Shown: in pieces, positions 54,014 through 63,606 of the stretch
How positions within the stretch are numbered: position 1 is the stretch's first letter
Layout: the number at the start of each line of letters is the position of its first letter
Assembly: GCA_964513235.1 (NCBI GenBank)
Contig: CAZEMI010000266.1
Location: 34,826-98,825, forward strand
DNA length: 64,000 nt
Direction: 5' to 3'
Origin: an uncultured Acidobacterium sp.
Lineage (GTDB): Bacteria; Acidobacteriota; Vicinamibacteria; Vicinamibacterales; UBA2999
The notes under the pieces: generated by a model
What the model saw: the letters and a program-made list of their open reading frames with translations, nothing else
What the model was told of the DNA's origin: nothing
The model's database searches: none
Position numbers and translations under genes: made by a program

Positions 54014-55325
54014 CCGGGATCAGGGGATCGATCGTGAAGCGCAGCGCCGCGTGCGCTTCACGCACCGACCCTTCGGCATCGCGTGGCGTGGCCGCGCGCC
54101 CGAAGATAAATCCCAGATAACTGGCGCCTTCCGGCAGCGCGTGCAGCTGCTGGTCGGGCCGCGCGGTGATCTGGATCTCGTCGATGTACGGCACCGCCGC
54201 CGCCGTTTCCAGTCCATGCACCGTGCGGAAGGTGCCGCTGCGCGGAATCGGGATCATCATCACCGCCGACGCCAGGTGCTCGCGCCGCCACTCGCCCGTC
54301 GGCTCGCCGGCGGCGTGCATCAGCAGCAGATCCTCGAAGCCGATGCGCTGTCCCCGGCGCTCGAAGCGCAGCGTCTTCGCGCACAACCCGCCGATCGGCC
54401 GCGCCGCCACCTCCAGCACGTAGACGCCCTTGCTGTTGACGCGGCATTCGGCGTGTACCGGACCGTGATAGAGGCCGAGCGCTTGCGCCGCGCGCGTGAC
54501 CGCCGAGGTGACTTGCGCCTGGATGCCGGCGTTCACCTGCGACGGCGTGACGTAGATCGTTTCCTCGAAGAACGGGCCCTCGAGCGGATCGGGCTTGTCG
54601 AAGATGGCGATGGTGCGCAGCGTGCCCCACTCGAGCAGGCCCTCGAGGGCGAACTCGGCGCCGGGAATGTACTGCTCGATCTGGATCACGTCGGCTTCCG
54701 GATCGCGCATCTCCTTCACTTCCGGAGACGCCAGCAGGCGGCGAACGCGATCGAACGCCGACGCGAAGCTGAGGTCATCGTCGGCGCGAATCACGCCGCG
54801 GCTGCCCGACAACACGGTCGGTTTCAACACCGCGGGAAAGTCGACGCGCGGAAGGATCGTGAGTGGATCGACGCCCATCGGCACCGCGAAGGCGGCCGGG
54901 ACCGGCAGGCCGGCGGCCTTGAACTTCTCGCGGGCCAGGCGCTTGTCGCGCGCCGCCACCGCGGCTTCCGGCGGGTGGCCCGGGAGGTCGAGCAGCCGCG
55001 CCACCTGCGCGGCCATCACCGTGGGCCGATCGCCGACGGCCAGCACGCCGTCCACCGGGCGCTCTTCGAGGGCTTTCAGGACGCCGTCGACGGATCGCCA
55101 CTCTTCATGGAAGCGAACGGGGATGGCCCGATCGCTCCACGGATCCTCGAGCTGATCGCAGCGGTCGGTGGCGTAGACGAGCTCGATGCCGAGACGCTCT
55201 GCGGAGGCCGCGAACATGCGCGTCTGGTAGCCGGTGGTCGTCGCGAGTAGAAGTACGCGTTTCGCACCCTGCGCACCCTGTGCACCCTGTGCACCCTGCG
55301 CACCCTGTGCACCCTGTGAATTCAT
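54006..55325 (-). CDS. ATP-grasp domain protein (L-amino-acid-ligase-like) with N-terminal (QGA)n repeat
   Basis: The ATG at 55325 forms an ATGA with the stop of the extended radical SAM ORF. A pre-ATP-grasp KRVLLLATTTGYQ is followed by AVLKP..LSGSRGV, IEQYIPG.EF..EG and HAECR...G.YVLEVAARPIGG. The ORF-track start at 56072 is a shadow extension. Confidence 0.8.
   Translation of the reverse strand: MNSQGAQGAQGAQGAQGAQGAKRVLLLATTTGYQTRMFAASAERLGIELVYATDRCDQLEDPWSDRAIPVRFHEEWRSVDGVLKALEERPVDGVLAVGDRPTVMAAQVARLLDLPGHPPEAAVAARDKRLAREKFKAAGLPVPAAFAVPMGVDPLTILPRVDFPAVLKPTVLSGSRGVIRADDDLSFASAFDRVRRLLASPEVKEMRDPEADVIQIEQYIPGAEFALEGLLEWGTLRTIAIFDKPDPLEGPFFEETIYVTPSQVNAGIQAQVTSAVTRAAQALGLYHGPVHAECRVNSKGVYVLEVAARPIGGLCAKTLRFERRGQRIGFEDLLLMHAAGEPTGEWRREHLASAVMMIPIPRSGTFRTVHGLETAAAVPYIDEIQITARPDQQLHALPEGASYLGFIFGRAATPRDAEGSVREAHAALRFTIDPLIPVI
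55264..55317. repeat. 6 x 9-bp tandem repeat GCACCCTG(C/T), in frame in the ATP-grasp N-terminus
   Basis: Six units counted on the DNA. It encodes (QGA)n directly after MNS. Confidence 0.9.
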
Positions 55326-56608
55326 AGCAGAGCCACCTGCTCTGCGGTGGGTTCCGCTCAACAGTACCAGGGTTCGTCCAGGTAAGGGATCGCGGAGCGA
55401 GACATGCGCGGCGCGTTGGCCAGCTCCATCATCGTCCGTTGCAGCGCGTCGACGCGAGGATCGGGATGCGTCCACGGATACGTCAGGGTCTTGGGATCGA
55501 AGGGACCGATCACGGCTTGAATGTCTGGCAGCTCGAGCAGTCGTGACTGCCAGGTCACGAGGAGGCGAATGGCCAGCTGCACGGGCGCCACATGAGCCGT
55601 GAGCCCGAGATCGTCCACCACGTTCAGCAGATCGACGTAGGTGGCCACCGTGGTCCACGGCGTGAACGCGACAAACGTCGGCACCAGCGTCAGGCCGGCG
55701 GATCGGCACAGTTCCGCCGCGAGAATGAAGTCCGCGCGGGTGTGGCCCTTGTCGAGCTTGGCGAGCACGCGATCGTCCACCGACTCCACGGCGCTCGTCA
55801 CGAACAGGCATCCGGTCCTGGCCAGCAGCGGCAGCAGCTCGCGCTGCGCGAGGAGGTGCTCGACCTTGATGATGGCGTCGTAGGTCACCTGCGGATGCTC
55901 GCGATGCAGCGCGTCGACGATCTTGCGCGCGTGCGTTGGGCCGTTGAAGAAATCCGGATCGCCGAAGGTGATGTGCGTGGCGCCGTGCGCCACGTGCGAT
56001 CGCACGTCGGCCATCACGACCTCGACGGGCACCACCCGAAACTGCCCGTCGTAGACCGGCACGATCGGGCAATGCCGGCAGCGGTGCTTGCAGCCGCGCG
56101 AGGCATCGGTCGCGCCGACGATCTTGGTGGTGCCGTCGGGCATCTGCAGCTTCGCATAGCGATCGAGCGAAGGCAGACCGGATCGATCCGGTGCAATGAA
56201 GTTGAGACGAGGGAGTTGCCGGGAGGGCGGCCCATTTGTGCCGCCGGTCCTACCGGTCGCGAGTGTAACAAGATCTTCTTCCGCCTCAGGGCCGAGGATC
56301 ACGCTGACGCCGTGCTCGCGCAAGATCGCTTCGTTGAGCGGCGCATACAGGCCATAGGCGCAGGTCGTCGCGGCGGGATTGATCGCGCGCACGCGATCGA
56401 TCATCGGCAGGGCCAGGCGCGTGGCGGTGTGCATCGGCAGGTAAAACGCCACGAGCGACGCCGCCGACACCGCGTGGGGATCGAGACGATCGCGCGACAG
56501 GTCGATCGCGTGCACCTCCATACCAGCGCGCCGCAACCACGCCGCCGGCGAGGCGACGCCAAACGGCTGCCGGCCGAGATCGTAGGTGCTGAGGAGCAGG
56601 ACGGCCAC
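55322..56608 (-). CDS. B12-binding-domain radical SAM protein, probable selenoprotein (CUAEP tail; TGA 55358-55360 read as Sec)
   Basis: GTG at 56608 with AGGA upstream. An N-terminal B12-binding-like domain and a CxxxCxxC in SRGCKHRCRHCP. The ORF-track stop TGA is followed in frame by AEPTAEQVALL-TGA, with a SECIS-like hairpin at 55327-55345. If the TGA is a true stop the CDS is 55358-56608. Confidence 0.7.
55327..55345 (-). other. SECIS-like stem-loop downstream of the in-frame UGA
   Basis: The mRNA sequence GCAGAGC-AGGUG-GCUCUGC gives a perfect 7-bp stem with a 5-nt loop containing GGU. The stem starts 13 nt after the UGA. The AGGUG loop could alternatively serve as the SD for the ATP-grasp gene. 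Confidence 0.5.
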
Positions 56609-56632
56609 GTCCCGATCCTACCGCGCCCGCAG

Positions 56633-58132
<1,500 letters not shown>

Positions 58133-58167
58133 GTGGCCGACATTGTAGCCGTTGCTCCGACCTGTTT

Positions 58168-59181
58168 TTATTCCTTGAGAAACGCGACCAGCGGCGGCAC
58201 GACTCTGTCCGGCGCCTCGAGATGCGGGACGTGGCCGAGGCCGGGGATCAACAAGACGCGGCCGTTGCCGTTCGGGATGCTCTTCGCAAGGAACTGCATC
58301 CGTTCCTGGAAGGCCGCCGCCGGTCCCAGTAACAGATCTTCGGCGCCGCCGAACGCCAGGGTCGGCACCTGGATGTGCAGCCAGTCGTACACGACCACAT
58401 CGTTGTAGAGCATCTGTGAGATCAGGGACTGGACCATCGCCAGTCGCGGCCACTCGGCACTGAGCGTCCACGAGTAGCGAATGCGCGTGTAGAGCTCGAA
58501 CTCGTCGTTCCACGCCTTCGGGTTGTGCGCCACGTAGCGGCTCAAGCTGGCGCGCGTACTCTGATAGTCGGTCTTGAGCGTCTGCTGATAGATCTCGTCG
58601 ATCGGTGTCATCGGCCGATTGAACCGGCCGTCGGTGAGCCCAATCGGGTTATAGATCACCAGCCGTTCAACGGCCTTGGGAAACTGCGTCGCGAACCTCG
58701 CCGTGAGCATCCCGCCCATCGAGTGGCCGACCACGCTGACCCGCGCTATTTTTTCGTGCTCCAGGATCCGGTAGGTGTTGCGTGCCTGCGAGTTGAGGTT
58801 GTACGGCGCAATCGGCTTCGACGACCGGCCGTAGCCGATCTGATCGGGGACGATCACCCGGAAGCCTTCCTTCACGAGCGGGTCGATGATCGGCTTGAAA
58901 TAGAAGCCGCCGAAGTTGTTGCCATGCAGGATCAGCACGGTTCGCCCATTGGGTGTCCCCTGTGGGGCGACATCCATGTAGGCAATGCGGACAGGCTGGC
59001 TGTAGACGTTGAGGTCGAGGTACTTGGTGGGATATGGATAGGGACACTCGTCACACGTCAGGCTGCCGGGCTTGACGTCGGTCGGCGTGGGCACCGGCGG
59101 CAGGACGGCGCGCCCCTGGGCATGGACAAGACCCGCCGATGACCAGAGGACTGCAACAAACAGAATTTGAATCATCTTCAC
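58168..59181 (-). CDS. Secreted alpha/beta hydrolase
   Basis: Signal MKMIQILFVAVLWSSAGLVHAQ, the oxyanion region ILHGNNFGG, the nucleophile elbow GHSMGG, and a C-terminal GHVPHLE. Confidence 0.8.
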   Translation of the reverse strand: MKMIQILFVAVLWSSAGLVHAQGRAVLPPVPTPTDVKPGSLTCDECPYPYPTKYLDLNVYSQPVRIAYMDVAPQGTPNGRTVLILHGNNFGGFYFKPIIDPLVKEGFRVIVPDQIGYGRSSKPIAPYNLNSQARNTYRILEHEKIARVSVVGHSMGGMLTARFATQFPKAVERLVIYNPIGLTDGRFNRPMTPIDEIYQQTLKTDYQSTRASLSRYVAHNPKAWNDEFELYTRIRYSWTLSAEWPRLAMVQSLISQMLYNDVVVYDWLHIQVPTLAFGGAEDLLLGPAAAFQERMQFLAKSIPNGNGRVLLIPGLGHVPHLEAPDRVVPPLVAFLKE

Positions 59182-59188
59182 CTTCTTA

Positions 59189-62056
59189 TCACTCCATGTT
59201 CACCGGGCCGAGATATTTTTCGAGCCAGTCCAGGATCGGCTTCACGATCTCGAGACGCGGGGGCACGTGGCCGCTCTTGATGATGTGATGCACTTTCTCT
59301 TGGCTTCCCAGCGCCTGAAACATCGGCAGCTGCGACTCTTCGTACGGGAAGCGGAAGTCCTCGCGGCCGTTGATCATCAGGGTCGGAACCACGACGCGCG
59401 GCGCAAAGTTGATCTGGTCGGCTTCGGGCGCAAACCGGCTGTTGTCAAAACCGCCGGCCATCAGGATGCTGGCGCGGAACCGCCGCTCGACGGCGGTGAT
59501 GTTCACGCCTTCCCGCGCTCCCCAACTGAAGCCGTAATAGGCCAGCTTCTGTGCATCGATATCGGGACGCGATACCAGGTAATCAATCGTCCGCCGGACT
59601 TCCTTCACATTCTGAATAACCAGGTCGCGGTGGCCAAGCGATGCCCGGCGCGGCAGTTGCTTCAACTGGCGCTCGAAGGTCGAGTTGTAGGTAGGAAAGA
59701 TCAGCGCGCGGCCGCTCTTCACGATGAAATCGAAAAAGTACGGGGTGCGGTCGGTCGACCGCGGCCCTGCTTGCGCGCTCGATCCCGGGAACATCACGAC
59801 CGCCTGAAATGGCGGACGCCCACGGGCCGGCAGATACAAATCGGCGGTGATCCGCTCCTCGCCATAGCCGGCGTCATACGACACCCGTTCGATGGTGTAA
59901 TCAACCGTGCCGGCGACAACGCCTTCGCTCGTCGCGCCAATCGGCTTCGGATCGTATTCATAGAGGCGCGCATAGGCGGCGAACGTCACGTCATCGACGG
60001 GGCGCTCCGCGGCATAGTTGCGCCAGGTCCGCTCGATCGGCGCCAGCAGCTGCGGCGGGGGCGGCTCGAGGTACTTGGCCAATCGCACGCCATTGGTCTC
60101 GGAGCGGTCGAACGGGTCATAGGCGTAACGCGACCGATAGGTGTAGGTGACCTCGTTCCATCCACCGCCGTAATTTGAGCGCTTTTGCCCGGTGGCATTC
60201 CACGTCCACTCACGCACGTTCCCCGCCATGTCGTGAGTGCCGAAGAAACCGAGCCCTCGAAACGCTCCGACCCGCGCCGGACCCGTGCCGCGGTAATTGC
60301 TCAAATCCATGAGGACCGGCGGCGTGAATGCGTAGGTCGCGGCGAGCCAATGCCATGCGGTCGGCAGGCGCTTGCCTTCGAACTCCGCGAGGGCGGCGGC
60401 CTCGTACCAACTGATGCCGCGGACGGGAAAGTCGGCTTCGCCTTCCGGATAGCTGCTGGATTCCCACGTGGAAGGGCCAGGCTGCCCGGTCTTGTCGGTC
60501 AGCCGGGCCATCGCGTCCCGGAACGTCAGCGCTTTCCCCTCCACCTGGAAAGGCACCTTCCAATACGTTGGGTCACGGTAGCCTCCGGCGTCGACAAACG
60601 CTTTGTATCGCCGGTTTGTGACTTCGAATTTGTCGAGCCAAAACGCCGGACGGCGAACGGACTCCTCGTCGATCGTCACGGCGCCGCCTGGCACATACAC
60701 CATGTCAACCGGCGTCTCCGAGAGTGGAAACAACGTCACGGTCTGATTCAGGGGTGGGGCAGCGATCTCGACGGGAGTAAAGCCCTCCTTTTGGAATCGA
60801 AGCTGCACGAATTGCGCCGGCAGGCGCAGGTCCACCGGTGTGATGCCGGCCTGCAACCACGCCGGGTCATCACCCTCGTACGCTCGCCACGACACGGCAG
60901 CGCCCGGCGGGTCGGTGGTGAGCCGAACGGGCGCAGAAAGCCTGGTCAACAACCGCTGGAATTCCACGTCATCGCCGATCACCGGCCCCACCGTTTGCAG
61001 CATCGTGAACGCGTCGGCCATCCGACCCTGATCACCGAGCCGTTCAACTTCAGGCAGCACGTCATAACGCGCCGATTGCCGCTGCCAGGCGCGATAGCCG
61101 AACCAGGATCCGATCGCCATGATCAGGATGGCCGCGGAAGCGCCGGCGATCAGCACGCGGCGTGATATATACGGCCGCCGCGTCGCCGCCTCACGTGCCT
61201 TCCGCAAGTCGGTTGCGAGGTCCGTCCCCGAAATGAACCGTCGTTCCGGATGCTTTTCCAGGCAGCGCTCGACGATGCGTGCCAGTGAGACGGGTGCGCC
61301 CGGACGCAATGTGCGAATGGGTGCCGGCGTATGCGAGAGCACCGCCATCCGCGTGGATATTTGCGAATCGCCTTTGAAGGGACGGGTGCGCGTCAACAGT
61401 TCGTACAGCAAGGTGCCGAACGAGAAGATGTCGGAACGCTGATCGACGGGATGTCCCGCCGCCTGTTCAGGGGACATGTAGGCCGCCGTGCCGAGAACCG
61501 CCCCCTCCGCGGTGTAGAGATCTCCGCCCTTGGTTTCCGCGTCCGATGAGACCTCGACCAGCTTGGCGAGGCCAAAATCGACCAACTTGGCGTCGCCGCG
61601 TGAGGTGACCATCACGTTCGCCGGCTTGAGATCACGGTGCACGATGCCGGCGGCATGGGCCGCCGCCAGTCCGTCGGCTATCCCACACGCGACATCGAAA
61701 ATCCGGTTCAGCTCCAGCGGGCCAGACTCGATCAGGCGATCGAGCGGCTGGCCCTCGATCCACTCCATGACGATGCAGTCGTGGTCCTCGCCGTCGATGC
61801 GGCCGCGCTCAACCTCGTAAATCGTGACGATGTTCGGGTGATTGAGCGCGGAGGCCGCCTTCGCCTCGCGCCGGAACCGCTGGCGGCGCTCCTCGCTGAG
61901 CGACCGGTCGGGCCGCAGCACCTTGATCGCCACCGTGCGTTCGAGTCGAAGATCTTCGGCCTTGTAGAGGACACCCATCCCGCCGCGGCCCAGTTCGCCA
62001 ACGATGCGGTAGTGCGAAAGGATTGTGTGGGTCATGGCCACCCCGCGAAACTGCAC
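59189..62056 (-). CDS. Ser/Thr protein kinase fused to FGE/SUMF1-type domain and C-terminal alpha/beta hydrolase (S9/DLH-like) domain
   Basis: Hanks motifs (GRGGMG, VAIK, HRDLKPAN, DFG, SPE), then a TM segment. The FGE-sulfatase-like blocks are FWLDKFEVTN..Y..F, GISWYEA.A.A, MAGNVREWTWN and YGGGW. The hydrolase part has GFSWG and GHVPP. The start may be M at 62035. Confidence 0.75.
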   Translation of the reverse strand: MQFRGVAMTHTILSHYRIVGELGRGGMGVLYKAEDLRLERTVAIKVLRPDRSLSEERRQRFRREAKAASALNHPNIVTIYEVERGRIDGEDHDCIVMEWIEGQPLDRLIESGPLELNRIFDVACGIADGLAAAHAAGIVHRDLKPANVMVTSRGDAKLVDFGLAKLVEVSSDAETKGGDLYTAEGAVLGTAAYMSPEQAAGHPVDQRSDIFSFGTLLYELLTRTRPFKGDSQISTRMAVLSHTPAPIRTLRPGAPVSLARIVERCLEKHPERRFISGTDLATDLRKAREAATRRPYISRRVLIAGASAAILIMAIGSWFGYRAWQRQSARYDVLPEVERLGDQGRMADAFTMLQTVGPVIGDDVEFQRLLTRLSAPVRLTTDPPGAAVSWRAYEGDDPAWLQAGITPVDLRLPAQFVQLRFQKEGFTPVEIAAPPLNQTVTLFPLSETPVDMVYVPGGAVTIDEESVRRPAFWLDKFEVTNRRYKAFVDAGGYRDPTYWKVPFQVEGKALTFRDAMARLTDKTGQPGPSTWESSSYPEGEADFPVRGISWYEAAALAEFEGKRLPTAWHWLAATYAFTPPVLMDLSNYRGTGPARVGAFRGLGFFGTHDMAGNVREWTWNATGQKRSNYGGGWNEVTYTYRSRYAYDPFDRSETNGVRLAKYLEPPPPQLLAPIERTWRNYAAERPVDDVTFAAYARLYEYDPKPIGATSEGVVAGTVDYTIERVSYDAGYGEERITADLYLPARGRPPFQAVVMFPGSSAQAGPRSTDRTPYFFDFIVKSGRALIFPTYNSTFERQLKQLPRRASLGHRDLVIQNVKEVRRTIDYLVSRPDIDAQKLAYYGFSWGAREGVNITAVERRFRASILMAGGFDNSRFAPEADQINFAPRVVVPTLMINGREDFRFPYEESQLPMFQALGSQEKVHHIIKSGHVPPRLEIVKPILDWLEKYLGPVNME

Positions 62057-62136
62057 CGCGGTTCGTTCCAGCTGCGCGCATTATAGGCTGTCGCGTCAAG
62101 AACAAGCAGAAGGGCGAGCTTCTGAGTCTTTGTGAG

Positions 62137-62706
62137 TCAGCGCTGACGGTCGGCGTTGGCGAACAGGCGTTCGAGGACCTCGGCGCCGCCGGTTATCGCG
62201 CGCGCAACCGCCGAGCGAAGGGCGTCGCGATCAACGCCGGATTCCGCGATCGCCTCGATATCGGCCAAGTCCTGGGTGCGGCCGGCCAGCAGCTTCATCA
62301 CGACGATCGTGTCCACCGGCGCAATCGGCACGCCGTCCGAGATCGTCGCGCGCGCCAGCCCATCCTCGACAATGCGCAGCGCATCGGTGAGGGGAACCTG
62401 GTCGACGTTGATGCCGTCGAACTCGACGACCGGCACGCGCATGGTGACTATCCCTGTGCTATGGCGTTCGAAAGCTTCGTCGCCGACCAGGAAATCGATA
62501 TCTTCGGTCGTGCGGGGGCGATTGCGATAGGCGTTGGCGCCGAGCGCGCCAGCGAGCGCATGGCGAATGCCGGCGTCCGTGAACAGTTTTGAGACCTCGC
62601 GAACCGCGCGCTCGTAGTGCGGGACCGGCCGCAAAGCACGCTTCAGGTCGGCATCGCGGCCAGCGTTCATATACCGGCTCCTCTGGCTGGCAATCTGCGC
62701 CCGCAT
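62137..62706 (-). CDS. Nucleotidyltransferase-fold protein (MNT/AbiEii-like), hypothetical
   Basis: Only the 3' ~570 nt of the 413-aa ORF are plausible, because the rest overlaps the LigD-PE gene. GALGANAY......EDIDFLV and VVMKLLAGRTQDLADIEAI resemble minimal nucleotidyltransferases. Start at 62706 or 62670. Confidence 0.5.
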   Translation of the reverse strand: MRAQIASQRSRYMNAGRDADLKRALRPVPHYERAVREVSKLFTDAGIRHALAGALGANAYRNRPRTTEDIDFLVGDEAFERHSTGIVTMRVPVVEFDGINVDQVPLTDALRIVEDGLARATISDGVPIAPVDTIVVMKLLAGRTQDLADIEAIAESGVDRDALRSAVARAITGGAEVLERLFANADRQR

Positions 62707-62790
62707 GGCCCAGCGTAGCACGCGCGCGATCGTTAGCGGCGGACCTTTCCATCTTCCTTTCTTCGGTGATTCCTGGAGGACAATCTGGGC

Positions 62791-63558
62791 ATGGCCCTCG
62801 AAGACTACAAGCGCAAGCGCGACTTCACCAAAACACCCGAACCACCGCCCGAGGTCAAGACAAAGCAGAAGGGCGACGAGCTGTTTTTCTGCGTCCAGAA
62901 GCACCTTGCCTCGCACTTGCACTACGACTTTCGTCTCGAATGGAAGGGCGTGCTGCTGTCGTGGGCGGTGCCGAAGGGGCCCTCGATCGATCCGCGCGAC
63001 AAGCGGCTCGCGATGCAGACCGAGGATCACCCGTTTGATTACGGCATGTTCGAAGGTGTGATTCCTGAAGGCTATGGCGCCGGCATCGTGTTGCTGTGGG
63101 ACTACGGCACGTGGGAGCCCGAGGCCGAGACCGCGGAAGTGGACGCGGCGTTGCGGAAGGGTGAGCTGAAGATGCGCCTCGACGGGTTCAAACTGAAAGG
63201 GTCGTGGGTGCTGATCAAGACGCGCTATGGCGGTGCGCCGAACAGCTGGCTGTTGATCAAGCACACAGACGAGTGGGCCGGACCGCTCGCCATCACCGAG
63301 TTCGCGCCGCTCAGCGTGAAGACGCCCGACGCCGACTTCGCGGAGATTCTTTCCGGCAAGACACCGGAGCTCTGGCACAGCAACGCCCCGGCGAAGGGCG
63401 GCGATACGGGCGCGATGTTCAAGAAGATTATCGAGCGCGCGCTGAGCATGAAGGCGCCCGCCAAATCAACCACGAAGAACACGAAGACCACGAAGGCAAA
63501 GACATCCAAGTCAAAGCCCGCTAAGAAGACGACAACCAAGAGGGCTACACGCGCCTGA
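62791..63558 (+). CDS. Stand-alone DNA ligase D 3'-phosphoesterase (LigD PE) domain protein with Lys/Thr-rich tail
   Basis: L..Y..KRDF..TPEP, FCVQKHLASHLHYDFRLE..GVLLSWAVPKGPS.DP..KRLA...EDHP..Y..FEG.IP.GYGAG are the hallmark PE-domain blocks. The tail is KSTTKNTKTTKAKTSKSKPAKKTTTKRATRA. Confidence 0.85.
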   Translation: MALEDYKRKRDFTKTPEPPPEVKTKQKGDELFFCVQKHLASHLHYDFRLEWKGVLLSWAVPKGPSIDPRDKRLAMQTEDHPFDYGMFEGVIPEGYGAGIVLLWDYGTWEPEAETAEVDAALRKGELKMRLDGFKLKGSWVLIKTRYGGAPNSWLLIKHTDEWAGPLAITEFAPLSVKTPDADFAEILSGKTPELWHSNAPAKGGDTGAMFKKIIERALSMKAPAKSTTKNTKTTKAKTSKSKPAKKTTTKRATRA

Positions 63559-63606
63559 GGCCGACGTTTCGCAGGTGCCGATCCGGGTGCCGCACGCTAA
63601 GGCCAT

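Noticed and set aside
54006-56072. 688-aa ORF that extends the ATP-grasp gene upstream
   Set aside because: The N-terminal 249 residues are low-complexity Arg/Ala-rich sequence overlapping the well-supported radical SAM gene in another frame. The conserved ATP-grasp sequence starts right after the ATG at 55325.
62707-63378. Upstream two-thirds of the 413-aa minus-strand ORF
   Set aside because: It overlaps the strongly supported LigD-PE gene on the opposite strand and has no motifs. Only the region downstream of the ATG at 62706 resembles a nucleotidyltransferase.
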